This document shows, one piece after another, positions 9,444 through 18,974 of a stretch of DNA of 64,000 nucleotides. The stretch is taken from the NCBI GenBank assembly GCA_002383695.1, contig DFZX01000087.1:1-64000 (forward strand). Direction: 5' to 3'. The stretch's first letter is position 1. Every line of letters begins with the position of its first letter. The position numbers were made by a program, and so were the translations under genes. The DNA comes from Bacillales bacterium UBA4045. GTDB taxonomy: Bacteria; Bacillota; Bacilli; Paenibacillales; UBA4045. The notes under the pieces were generated by a model. That model saw only the letters and a list, made by a program, of their open reading frames with translations. It did no database searches and had not been told where the DNA came from.

Positions 9444-10910
9444 TTATTCGATAATTGGTACGATAGGAGTCTCAACTTTCTCTGTTGTTACAACATCAGG
9501 CTGAGCTTTCTCTGCACGTGGCTGTGAGATACGTTTTACTAATTCTGTAATATCTGCACCCGTTAAAGCATTAATGGTTTCAGGCATAGTGGCCAAAATG
9601 TCTGTCACATAACCAGTTATTTTGGAGGCTCCTCCACCTTTACCCGTTCCACTATCCACAATTACAATTTTCTCCGTCTTCGATAATGGCTCAGATATTG
9701 CACTTGCGATAGCTGGGAATTGGTTAACAATCATCTCAATAATGGCGGCTTCTCCGTACTTCATCATTGCTTCAGCAATTTTGTCCTTCGCTTCTGCTTC
9801 AGCAAGACCTTTTAATTTAATAATCTCGGCTTCTGCTGTACCTTCTGCTCTTTCTTTATCAGCATTTGCTTGACCTGCAAGTCGTACCGATTCTGCATCA
9901 GCCTTCGCTCTAGCTTCAATCTGATATCGATCACCCTCAGCTTGCTGCTCCTGGGCATAACGCTCTGCCTCGGCTTGCTTCTTCACAGTTGCATCAAGCT
10001 CTTTCTCACGACGTTCAATTTCTTTACTCTCTAGTTCAATCTGCTTCACACGTTCAATAACTTGGATTTCCATCTCTTCAACTTTTACAGCTTGTAGTGA
10101 TTTAGCTTCTTGTAATTTATAGGATTGATCAGCTTCCGCTTTACGTTTATCCTGCTCCATCTTAAATTCAGCTTTCTTCACTTCCATCGTCTTCGCAGAT
10201 TCAGCAATATTCGTTTCTGCATAATATTCTGCTTTCTTCCCATCTTCTAATGCTTTAGCCTTAGCTACGGATTCGTCCCGGAACGCATTGGCCTTGGCAA
10301 TCTCAGCATCTCGCTTAACTGCGGCAATTTGCGGCTGGCCCAGTGCTTCCAAGTACCCATTCTTATCTCTCACATCTCTGATAGTGAAGGATACAATTTG
10401 TAAGCCCATCTTATTCAGATCACTAGCTGCTACTTCCTGTACATTCCGTGCGAATTCATCTCTATTCTTGAACACATCTTCGACCGTCATTTGTCCAAGG
10501 ATTGCACGTAGATGTCCTTCCAAGGTTTGCATTGCGATGCTATTAACCTCTTCATCCGGTTTACCGAGGAATTGCTCAGCAGCCGTCGCAATCGATTCTA
10601 TATCGCCTTTGATCTTGATTTGTGCTACACCATCAACCATAACTGGAACACCCTGTGATGTATACACCTCAGGTGTCTTAATATCGAGGGTGTTCACCTG
10701 TAAGGAAAGAAATTCTGCATTCTGGATAATTGGCCATACGAATGAGCCACCCGCTTTAACAATCTTCATACCGTCTTTCGCCAAAGCTCCTGTTACGATC
10801 ATGGCTTCATCAGCTTTCACCGTACGATAACGAGTAGCGAATACAATAACTAGTAAGAAGAGGACGACTACAATCCCAATAGGTACTAATAACGTTGAAT
10901 CTAAATCCAT
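9444..10910 (-). CDS. floT: Flotillin-like protein FloT (SPFH domain plus a long EA-rich coiled coil)
   Basis: N-terminal TM, SPFH/band-7 domain, E/A/K-rich coiled coil, C-terminal region. Colinear with B. subtilis YuaG. Confidence 0.85.
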   Translation of the reverse strand: MDLDSTLLVPIGIVVVLFLLVIVFATRYRTVKADEAMIVTGALAKDGMKIVKAGGSFVWPIIQNAEFLSLQVNTLDIKTPEVYTSQGVPVMVDGVAQIKIKGDIESIATAAEQFLGKPDEEVNSIAMQTLEGHLRAILGQMTVEDVFKNRDEFARNVQEVAASDLNKMGLQIVSFTIRDVRDKNGYLEALGQPQIAAVKRDAEIAKANAFRDESVAKAKALEDGKKAEYYAETNIAESAKTMEVKKAEFKMEQDKRKAEADQSYKLQEAKSLQAVKVEEMEIQVIERVKQIELESKEIERREKELDATVKKQAEAERYAQEQQAEGDRYQIEARAKADAESVRLAGQANADKERAEGTAEAEIIKLKGLAEAEAKDKIAEAMMKYGEAAIIEMIVNQFPAIASAISEPLSKTEKIVIVDSGTGKGGGASKITGYVTDILATMPETINALTGADITELVKRISQPRAEKAQPDVVTTEKVETPIVPIIE

Positions 10911-10979
10911 ATGAACAGCTCCCTTAATTAATATGTATACAATGAATAGTTAAACTAATACACAATTCTCGGTATGTTC

Positions 10980-11486
10980 TTATAATTTCTGTACAATAAA
11001 CGTGCCACTTAAGACATCCATGATGGTTACTGCTTCTCCTTGTTTGATAGATAATCCGTTAGCAGATTTGGCTGGTGCGCTTAAACGAGATCCACCTTGT
11101 TCATAAATAATCTCACCTTTGGAATTATCCTGAATGATTGTAATCACTTCAGCCGTTCTACCGATCATCTCATGCGCGGAATAAGCAGCTGTCTTCTCTG
11201 CATTAAGCAGGGGTACGACAACGAAAAAGAACATTAATCCAGAGACGATAATGGCGATAACAATTGCGATTCCACTAATCAGAGCTCCGCTTAATCCTGT
11301 CTTCTCACTAAGATAATAGCCGGTTCCACCAAATACAGTCACGAATGCAGCAATCGTTGTTGGAGAGATGAATGGCAACTGTCCGCCACCTAAATCGAAA
11401 TGAATATTAAAGATATCTCCAACGAATATAGTCAACACCGCGTAAACGAATCCAACTAAAAATAAGATGAGATATAAACTTTCCAC
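10980..11486 (-). CDS. yuaF: NfeD-like membrane protein (YuaF), partner of FloT
   Basis: 168 aa with two N-terminal TM segments and a C-terminal OB-like domain, immediately upstream of floT as in B. subtilis. Confidence 0.75.
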   Translation of the reverse strand: MESLYLILFLVGFVYAVLTIFVGDIFNIHFDLGGGQLPFISPTTIAAFVTVFGGTGYYLSEKTGLSGALISGIAIVIAIIVSGLMFFFVVVPLLNAEKTAAYSAHEMIGRTAEVITIIQDNSKGEIIYEQGGSRLSAPAKSANGLSIKQGEAVTIMDVLSGTFIVQKL

Positions 11487-11556
11487 GTTATGTCACCTCC
11501 GTCAGCATTCGGATATGTATACGTTTAATTGAGGGTAAAGTTTCAAATATTAACAA

Positions 11557-12417
11557 TTATCCTCTCTTTTTCCTATACGCGGTTGGGATAACGCCCTTCG
11601 TTTCTTTGAAAATACGAGTGAACGTCTTATAGGATCCATAACCAACCTCAAGGGCGATATCCGATATACCTCGGTTTGTAGATACGAGCAAGCTGCAGGC
11701 ATGTCGAATGCGAATATCATGTAGGAGATGCAGAAAGGTTTGTCCCGTCGTCCTCTTAATACTCTCACTCAAGTGTGACTGACTCATACCGAATAACTCC
11801 GCAAGTAAAGCTAGGCGTAGCTCCTCTTGATAATTGGCGTGAATATAATGAATAATTTGGGTAATATCTCTTGGTTTTCTATCCGAAATCACATGCGCTT
11901 CTGGTGGTGAATACTGCCTTCTTTTGCGGTCAAATAAAATTAATAATTCATATAGCTTCACCCTCAGCATAACGGTCTTCCATGAATTCTCACTTCTATA
12001 CTCAGTGAATAGCTCCTCAGCTCTCCGCTTCATTCGTTCACAATCCTCATCCGCGAATAACACATAGCTCGATAGCTCATTCTTAGCTTGGAATAAGTGA
12101 CTGAGGCCGGAATCATTGGGTTGTTCAGCTAATAAGTCCAAGCCAAACATACAATTATAAAGCACTAATGTACTTCCTTCATCGGTTGTAATCTCATGGA
12201 CCTGATAAGGAAGCACGAAGGTGAATGTACCTGGCTGCATACGGTGAATGATCCCATTAATGGTTTCCGTTCCAGAACCCTCAACAACATAAGAAAATTC
12301 TAGAAAGTCCTGTCGATGCGCCGGATATCCATGATTTAATGAGTTCAAGCTAATGTGAAACGGAAAGGATGAGTGCATATTGGGATATTCTTTCAGATAC
12401 TTTGGAAAATAAGACAT
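11557..12417 (-). CDS. AraC-family transcriptional regulator (N-terminal cupin sensor, C-terminal HTH)
   Basis: C-terminal AraC HTH 'SIKRTTGQTFLHLLHDIRIRHACSLL'. Start placed at MSYFPKY. Divergent from the oxidoreductase gene. Confidence 0.8.
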   Translation of the reverse strand: MSYFPKYLKEYPNMHSSFPFHISLNSLNHGYPAHRQDFLEFSYVVEGSGTETINGIIHRMQPGTFTFVLPYQVHEITTDEGSTLVLYNCMFGLDLLAEQPNDSGLSHLFQAKNELSSYVLFADEDCERMKRRAEELFTEYRSENSWKTVMLRVKLYELLILFDRKRRQYSPPEAHVISDRKPRDITQIIHYIHANYQEELRLALLAELFGMSQSHLSESIKRTTGQTFLHLLHDIRIRHACSLLVSTNRGISDIALEVGYGSYKTFTRIFKETKGVIPTAYRKKRG

Positions 12418-12602
12418 GTATGTGCCTCCCACCGAATTATTGGGATAATCAGCTTAAATTTTGGGGTGAATTTATTCTATAACTATCATATCATGAAAGG
12501 GTATACATCCGTAAAGCATATGCTTACGAAGTAGTTTTTATAGATCACCTTTACTTCATAAGTCCATAGGCTACTCAAAATTATAGGAGGAATGAATGTT
12601 TT

Positions 12603-13673
12603 ATGGCTGAGAAAATTAAAGTAGGTATTATTGGTACAGGAAATATTGGTAATGTCCACCTTCAAGAATTTGCTAAGCTTCCCGATGAAGCTATTGTTAC
12701 TACGATCACTGATCTGAAAACTGATCTCGCTGAGTCCAGAGCGAAAACTTATAACATTGCACATGTTGCTGGCAGCGCGGAGGAATTAATTAATAGCAAA
12801 GATGTAGATGCTATTGTAATAGGAGTACCTAATCAATTCCACGCGAAGTATGCGGTTATGGCTCTTGAAGCGGGTAAACATGTGCTATGTGAGAAACCAA
12901 TGGCGATTAATGCTATAGAAGCACGAGATATTATGAAAGCTATGCAAACATCGGACAAGGTTTTTATGGTTTCCCACCAGCAACGCTGGGAAGCCGTACC
13001 TATGCAAATCTTAGATCAAGTTGGTCGCGGTGAATTAGGTCAAATCTATTCGGCCAAAGCGGGCTGGTACCGTCGCAAAGGAATTCCAGGCTGGGGAACA
13101 TGGTTTACACGTATGGATCAATCAGGTGGTGGTCCTCTTATTGATATTGGTGTACATATGCTGGATCTTGCCTTGTACATGATGGGTAATCCGAAGCCGG
13201 TATCCGTGTTCGGCACAACTTATGCTGAATTTGGACCGAAACGAAAGGGAATTGGTACCTGGGGAACTCCTGATTGGAATGGCGTTTATGATGTAGAGGA
13301 TTTCGCTACTGCACTTATTCGCATGGAGGATGGTAGCACATTGACACTTGAAGTGAGCTGGGCGGTTCATATGGATACAGACAACGAGCCTTTCATTCAC
13401 TTAATGGGCTCTGAGGGTGGAGCTAGTCTAAAGGGTAACAAAGGTAAGCTGCTTACTGAGAAATTCAATCAACCTATGGAAACTTCTCTCTCTACACCAG
13501 ATAATGATGAGGGATGTCGCGTTCGTTTAACGCGTCATTTTCTAGATTGTGTTCGTACGGGCAAACAACCCATTAGCCCTGCATTAAGCGGATTTACGAA
13601 TAATCTGGTATTGGATGCCATTTATGAATCTTCTAGAACAGGTCATGAGGTTATTATTAATTGGGACGTTTAA
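12603..13673 (+). CDS. Gfo/Idh/MocA-family NAD(P)-dependent oxidoreductase
   Basis: 'KVGIIGTGNIGNVH' Rossmann motif and 'EKPMA' motif. RBS AGGAGG. Confidence 0.85.
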   Translation: MAEKIKVGIIGTGNIGNVHLQEFAKLPDEAIVTTITDLKTDLAESRAKTYNIAHVAGSAEELINSKDVDAIVIGVPNQFHAKYAVMALEAGKHVLCEKPMAINAIEARDIMKAMQTSDKVFMVSHQQRWEAVPMQILDQVGRGELGQIYSAKAGWYRRKGIPGWGTWFTRMDQSGGGPLIDIGVHMLDLALYMMGNPKPVSVFGTTYAEFGPKRKGIGTWGTPDWNGVYDVEDFATALIRMEDGSTLTLEVSWAVHMDTDNEPFIHLMGSEGGASLKGNKGKLLTEKFNQPMETSLSTPDNDEGCRVRLTRHFLDCVRTGKQPISPALSGFTNNLVLDAIYESSRTGHEVIINWDV

Positions 13674-13709
13674 AAATCTAGACACCTAGTCGAAGGGAAT
13701 GAATTTAAC

Positions 13710-14549
13710 ATGTTAAGGGGATTATCTAAAGCGGGCTTAGGCAGTATTGGCTCAGATGAGAATTTAATTAAATTAGCAGCTGAATACGGCTTCCAGAGTG
13801 TGGATATAGATGCACTTTCCTTGATTGAGCAGCATGGACGCGAGCAAGCGCAAGCTCTATTACAGCAAAATTCCGTAGTTATCGGATCGATTGGGCTACC
13901 TGTTGATTGGCGTGGAACTGAAGAGCAATTCCAATCAGGTCTTACTCGTCTTGCCGCTTCGGCTGAGGCGGCTAAAGCATTAGGCTGTTCAGCCTGCTGC
14001 ACTTATGTTCTTCCTTCTACAGATATGAATGCAGCCCACTTTATGACATTGGCTACACGTCGTTTACACATATGCGCTGAGGTGCTTAGTGCCTATGGTA
14101 TCCGACTTGGATTAGAGTTTGTAGGTCCTCATCATCTTCGCACGCGTTGGGCGAATCCATTCATCTGGACAATAGATGAAACATTGGATTGGATCGCTAC
14201 CATTGGACTTTCGAATGTCGGACTATTATTCGATGCATACCATTGGTATACCACATCTAATCGCGTGGAAGATATATTACGATTAGATGCTAACCAAATT
14301 GTACACGTTCATATCAACGATGCACCTGATTTACCAATGGAACAAGTACTTGATAACGGTAGACTCTATCCAGGTGAAGGCGTCATTAATTTGTCTGGTT
14401 TCTTGCAGTCGTTACAAAGCATTGGTTATCAAGGGTCGGTAACACAAGAAATTCTAACCGCCGAACCGCCTACAGATTCCCCCGAGAAGCTGCTTGAACG
14501 TTCGAAAGCTGGATACGATAAAGTTTATCAAGCCGCTGGTTTAGTATAG
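13710..14549 (+). CDS. Sugar phosphate isomerase/epimerase (xylose-isomerase-like TIM barrel)
   Basis: 279 aa. AP-endonuclease-2/TIM-barrel family signature with conserved E/D/H metal ligands (e.g. 'HVHINDA'). Confidence 0.7.
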   Translation: MLRGLSKAGLGSIGSDENLIKLAAEYGFQSVDIDALSLIEQHGREQAQALLQQNSVVIGSIGLPVDWRGTEEQFQSGLTRLAASAEAAKALGCSACCTYVLPSTDMNAAHFMTLATRRLHICAEVLSAYGIRLGLEFVGPHHLRTRWANPFIWTIDETLDWIATIGLSNVGLLFDAYHWYTTSNRVEDILRLDANQIVHVHINDAPDLPMEQVLDNGRLYPGEGVINLSGFLQSLQSIGYQGSVTQEILTAEPPTDSPEKLLERSKAGYDKVYQAAGLV

Positions 14550-14591
14550 ACTGGCACACTTAACCTCGTTCTTCATATCCGTGTTCCACAG

Positions 14592-14624
14592 AATCCCGAG
14601 CGAATACCACTCGGGATTTTCTAA
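14592..14624. terminator. Hairpin terminator between the convergent isomerase gene and ywbE
   Basis: aatcccgag/ctcgggatt followed by TTTT. Confidence 0.55.
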
Positions 14625-14831
14625 TTATCGGTTTAGTATTTCCTTCACCCTGCCAACCGTGCCATCTGTAAGTCTTACTTTAATACCGTGAGGATGTTTA
14701 GCTGAATTGGTTAGGATGTCTTTCACAATGCCTGTTGTTAGCTTATTCGTGGTCTGGTCCTGCTTCTGTACGATGTTAACCACTATTCCTTGCTTAATAT
14801 CTGCTCTGTTCTGACCATTCATATCCATCAC
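14625..14831 (-). CDS. ywbE: YwbE-family small protein (DUF2196)
   Basis: 68 aa. 'GIVKDILTNS..HPHGIKVRLTDGTVGRVKEI' matches the conserved YwbE family. Lies 14 nt downstream of hrpB. Confidence 0.7.
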   Translation of the reverse strand: MMDMNGQNRADIKQGIVVNIVQKQDQTTNKLTTGIVKDILTNSAKHPHGIKVRLTDGTVGRVKEILNR

Positions 14832-14845
14832 TCTCTCTTAACTTT

Positions 14846-17314
14846 TTATGTACCGTGTGGTTTCGTGCGACTCGTTGGCATAGCGATGAGTGGATCATCT
14901 GGCCAATAATGCTTCGGATATCGTCCCTTCAAATCCTTCTTGATCTCATGATAGGCACTCTGCCAGAAGCTCTCCAGATCGCGCGTAATCTGCACAGGTC
15001 GCTGTGCCGGAGATAATAAATGTAAGGTCAATGGTATTCTTCCTTGCGCAATACAAGGTGTCTTACTCAGTCCGAACACCTCTTGAAGCCTCACAGCAAT
15101 ACTCGGGGCTGCTATGTCCTTGTAGTCGATAGGAATCCTTGAACCACTGGGAACTACAATATGAGTGGGAAAATATGTTTCTAACTGCTGACGTTGATTC
15201 CAATTTAGCATGGATTCTAACAGCTGTGTGAGCTGTAATCGTTGTAAATCTGCACGACTCTTCATTCCGATTACATGAGGACTAAGCCAGCTCTCTAGGC
15301 TCGCAACCAAGTATTCGTCGCTGAAGTTTGGCCAATTCTGATCCTGCTGATGGATGAAGATAACTCTCGACTGCAATTGTCTCGCACTCTTCGACCAAGG
15401 AAGTATTTGTATTCCCTCAAGCACAATTCCTACAAGTAAGGGCTCTACACATTGATCCACAAGTAAATCGGAATGCGTATGATCCTTCAAATTAAGTGCA
15501 CCAAGCCTTATACGATTTCTGACCCTGACGGCTTGTACCGATCGGTCCCAATAGATGGTTGATATTTCCTCGATTTCTTCATACATATGCTGTTCTAATG
15601 TTCTGATGTCTATTGTTACAGCTCCATATATACGACTTTCTGTACCTTGATCGTCCAGCTCTACTGCAACTAAATACGGTTCTTTCGATAGACGCTGCAA
15701 GCCTTGGATGAATGCTCCTCGACCATTACGTAATAAGAATCCTCCAGATGTTCGTTTTTTGGCTATTCGATCTGGATAAGCAAATGCTAGTAATAGACCA
15801 CAATTCGCTAAATTTTGAAGATTAGCTCTCGCTTGTACAGACATTAATCGCTCATAGTAATGTAATTCTGTTTTAAGTATTGCGGCAAGGTTACGATTAC
15901 TTCGAATTTCCTCAATCTTAGTTACTATATCGATATCTGGTGCTGTAGCGTGATGAATGAATAGATCACGTTTACTTATGATGACCGCTAATTCGCATGC
16001 AAGACTTACTAAACCTAAGTCAATGGACTTCAGCAGCATATGAGCTAACCTTGGGTGAATACCGAGCTCATTCATTTGCTTACCGTGTTCTGTGATGTAT
16101 CCTTGAGACGTCAAGGCTCCAAGCTGGACTAGAAGCTCCCTTGCATGACGATAAGCACCATCAGAAGGAGGATCAAGGAAATGAAGCTCATTCGGCTCCC
16201 TCACCCCCCATGCTGCCAGCTCAAGCGCTAATGAGGTTAGATCTGCTGCTTTGATTTCTGGCTCGCTATGAGGTGGTAGCTGTCTACCCTCTTGCTCTGT
16301 CCACATTCGATAGCATATTCCTGGACCTGTACGTCCTGCACGTCCTCTACGTTGATTGGAAGATGCTTGGGATACAGGGACGGTTTCCAAGCGTGTCAGA
16401 CCGGTTCTTGGTGAGAATCGAGGAACACGCATTAAACCACTATCGATAACGATAAACACACCTTCAACCGTTAGACTGGTCTCGGCAATAGAGCTCGACA
16501 ATACGATTTTACGAATATTCTCGGTGCTTGGTGAGATGGCAATTTCCTGTTCCTCTTGAGATAGACTGCTATGCAGTGGCATAATTGTAACTTGCGACCC
16601 GAGGTTCATAGCTCTAAGCCTGAACCCTACTCGACGAATTTCGGCAAGACCAGGCAAGAAGACCATGATATCTCCATGATGCTCCCTAAGAGCGCTAGTA
16701 ATTGTATCACATACCTTGACCTCTAAAGCTGTATGATTGGGTTTATCGAAGTAAATGGTTTCAACTGGATACATAAAACCTTTACTCTCAATAATGGGCG
16801 CATGCTCCATCAATGTAGCTACAGATATGGCATCCATTGTCGCGGACATTACTAAAATTTTAATATCCTCACGGAATATATGCTGGGCTTGGAGGCATAG
16901 GGCTAGACCAAGATCAGCATGAAGACTTCGTTCATGATATTCATCGAAGATAATAAGACCCACTCCCTCCAATGAGGGATCATTCTGAATCATTCGAGTA
17001 AGAATACCCTCTGTAATCACTTCGATTCGTGTTTGACTACTCACTCTTGAATCTAATCGTACACGATAGCCTACAGATGTACCTACTTGTTCACCTAATA
17101 ATCTTGACATATAAACGGCTGCATGACGAGTGGCCATACGCCTTGGCTCAAGCATGAGTATTCTTCGACCAGATAACCAGGGTTCATCTACGAGTGCGAG
17201 AGGAACACGTGTAGTCTTCCCTGCCCCAGGAGGTGCAACGAGTACGGCATTCGAATGGGTTCGTAACGTGTCCTTGATTTGAGCTATGACTGAATCAATG
17301 GGCATAATCCTCAT
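14846..17314 (-). CDS. hrpB: ATP-dependent RNA helicase HrpB (DEAH-box)
   Basis: 822 aa. 'APPGAGKTT', 'DEYHER', and HA2/OB and HrpB C-terminal domains. Confidence 0.85.
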   Translation of the reverse strand: MRIMPIDSVIAQIKDTLRTHSNAVLVAPPGAGKTTRVPLALVDEPWLSGRRILMLEPRRMATRHAAVYMSRLLGEQVGTSVGYRVRLDSRVSSQTRIEVITEGILTRMIQNDPSLEGVGLIIFDEYHERSLHADLGLALCLQAQHIFREDIKILVMSATMDAISVATLMEHAPIIESKGFMYPVETIYFDKPNHTALEVKVCDTITSALREHHGDIMVFLPGLAEIRRVGFRLRAMNLGSQVTIMPLHSSLSQEEQEIAISPSTENIRKIVLSSSIAETSLTVEGVFIVIDSGLMRVPRFSPRTGLTRLETVPVSQASSNQRRGRAGRTGPGICYRMWTEQEGRQLPPHSEPEIKAADLTSLALELAAWGVREPNELHFLDPPSDGAYRHARELLVQLGALTSQGYITEHGKQMNELGIHPRLAHMLLKSIDLGLVSLACELAVIISKRDLFIHHATAPDIDIVTKIEEIRSNRNLAAILKTELHYYERLMSVQARANLQNLANCGLLLAFAYPDRIAKKRTSGGFLLRNGRGAFIQGLQRLSKEPYLVAVELDDQGTESRIYGAVTIDIRTLEQHMYEEIEEISTIYWDRSVQAVRVRNRIRLGALNLKDHTHSDLLVDQCVEPLLVGIVLEGIQILPWSKSARQLQSRVIFIHQQDQNWPNFSDEYLVASLESWLSPHVIGMKSRADLQRLQLTQLLESMLNWNQRQQLETYFPTHIVVPSGSRIPIDYKDIAAPSIAVRLQEVFGLSKTPCIAQGRIPLTLHLLSPAQRPVQITRDLESFWQSAYHEIKKDLKGRYPKHYWPDDPLIAMPTSRTKPHGT

Positions 17315-17511
17315 TTTCGACCACCATCATATTCAATCATCTTATTCTTCGTCATCCTGTTATTTCACTCCTATACCTCATAACTACTTAACTAATACGT
17401 TAATATAACAAGTATATCCTTCTCCCCATAGAAATCTATGGTACTGATGTTTTAGCTATCGGTTTTTGTTATAATAACATTAAAAACAACTAACAAGGAG
17501 TTTACTCTAAT

Positions 17512-17922
17512 ATGAATATTGCTTTTTTTCTTATCCCTAAATTAGAAGTCATTAGTTTGAAAGCATCCTCTACATTAAGACAAACCTTAGAACGAATGGA
17601 GCATCATCGATATACCGCTATACCCATTCTATCTGATGATGGCAAGTATGTGGGCACGGTTACAGAAGGCGATTTATTATGGTATATCAAGAATAAGCAT
17701 GAGCTTAATTTCGACAATATACATCAGTACCCGCTTTCTGATCTTCCACTTCGACTAGATATAAAGCCTGTTCGCATTAATGCGACGATGGAAAATTTGA
17801 TTCGGTTAGTTACTTCTCAGAACTTCGTCCCCGTAATTGATGATTCCGATGCATTCATTGGAATTGTTCGGCGAAGTGATATTATTGAATATTGCGCCTC
17901 GATGTTCACAATTAACAAATAG
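17512..17922 (+). CDS. CBS-pair domain protein
   Basis: 136 aa, two CBS motifs. An extended -10 element (tgttataat) lies upstream. Confidence 0.7.
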   Translation: MNIAFFLIPKLEVISLKASSTLRQTLERMEHHRYTAIPILSDDGKYVGTVTEGDLLWYIKNKHELNFDNIHQYPLSDLPLRLDIKPVRINATMENLIRLVTSQNFVPVIDDSDAFIGIVRRSDIIEYCASMFTINK

Positions 17923-18031
17923 GTACCCTTACTAGGACATATATCTAATCGTTCCTCCTCTCTATCACATATGCTGAGTAGAGATCGAATTTCTTTCGAT
18001 CAGCCTTCATAGAGAGAAGGGAGGAACTAGA

Positions 18032-18385
18032 ATGAAAATTAATAAAAAAACTATAAGAAAGTTAACAGGACGCACTGTTTATGTCATTAACAATAAAAAC
18101 GTTAGACTAACTGGAAAACTGATCAAAGTAAGCGGACAAAAGTTATATTTACAACCTACAAGTATTGGGGATAAGAAGGTAAAGACGAGTGCTATTCTAC
18201 CGCTCGTTTTATTTGACTTATTAGCAGTAGGCACTCTACCTTATACAGCTGGTTATGGTGGTTATGCGGGCTATGGTTATCCGGGCTATGGTTATCCAGG
18301 TGGTGTAGTTGGTGGGTATGCTCCAGGATATCCGGGAGTAGGATATCCTGGAGTAGGATATGGTGGTTATACAGGTTTCTATTAG
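18032..18385 (+). CDS. Small protein with a basic N-terminal domain and a C-terminal Gly/Tyr/Pro tandem-repeat tail (GYGYPGYGYPGG...). Candidate spore-coat or structural protein.
   Basis: 117 aa. The C-terminal 50 residues are almost entirely G/Y/P/V/A repeats, encoded by a DNA tandem repeat at 18250-18380. Strong RBS GGGAGGAAC. Confidence 0.6.
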   Translation: MKINKKTIRKLTGRTVYVINNKNVRLTGKLIKVSGQKLYLQPTSIGDKKVKTSAILPLVLFDLLAVGTLPYTAGYGGYAGYGYPGYGYPGGVVGGYAPGYPGVGYPGVGYGGYTGFY

Positions 18386-18400
18386 AAGCTTTTATGTTAG

Positions 18401-18445
18401 AAAAGTCTACTGTCGAATCATTCGACAGTAGACTTTTCACTTTTA
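18401..18445. terminator. Bidirectional terminator (14-bp perfect stem)
   Basis: agtctactgtcgaa/ttcgacagtagact followed by TTTCACTTTT. Confidence 0.7.
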
Positions 18446-18450
18446 AATAA

Positions 18451-18921
18451 TTACAATCTCTTAGAAAATTCATAACAATAGATATGTGGATGATACTGAA
18501 TAGAGCGAAAGCCTAATGCTTTATAGAATTTGATCGCTTTGTTATTCGATTTATCAACGTAGAGAGAGATTGCATCCAATCTAGTTGCTTTACCGTATAA
18601 TATAGCATGTTGAACCAGCTTATGACCGATGCCCTTTCCCTGCTGTCGCTTATGCACGGCTATCATATCTAACCAGAGCATTTGATTCTGGATGAATAAA
18701 TGAATAAATCCAACAATGTGACCAACGCGATCCTTCCATACATAAGTTGTACCTATGCTTAACCGCTGCATAAGCTCATCTCTATGGAACTGGGTGTTGG
18801 GAAACCTTCTAATTGCAAGCGGCAGCAATTCGTCTCTAATCAGTTGGATTATCTTACTATCGTCAATTGTAGGTTTTCGTTTGGATATCAACCGACATCT
18901 GCCCTTTCTATCTATAGACAT
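18451..18921 (-). CDS. GNAT-family N-acetyltransferase
   Basis: 'HKRQQGKGIGHKLV' acetyl-CoA-binding motif A. Confidence 0.75.
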   Translation of the reverse strand: MSIDRKGRCRLISKRKPTIDDSKIIQLIRDELLPLAIRRFPNTQFHRDELMQRLSIGTTYVWKDRVGHIVGFIHLFIQNQMLWLDMIAVHKRQQGKGIGHKLVQHAILYGKATRLDAISLYVDKSNNKAIKFYKALGFRSIQYHPHIYCYEFSKRL

Positions 18922-18974
18922 ATCCTCATATTATGAAGAAACCGGCTAGTATGCTTGGGCAATGATGTCTGTCT

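Noticed and set aside
9900-10400. Repetitive E/A/K-rich coding DNA in floT that looks periodic
   Set aside because: It is the coiled-coil EA-repeat region of flotillin. There are no exact direct repeats with spacers, so it is not a CRISPR or other repeat array.
17980-18000. A possible sigma-K-type promoter (CATATATCTA) upstream of the Gly/Tyr-repeat gene
   Set aside because: The match to AC-N17-CATA---TA is imperfect and cannot be distinguished from chance in AT-rich sequence without a scoring matrix.
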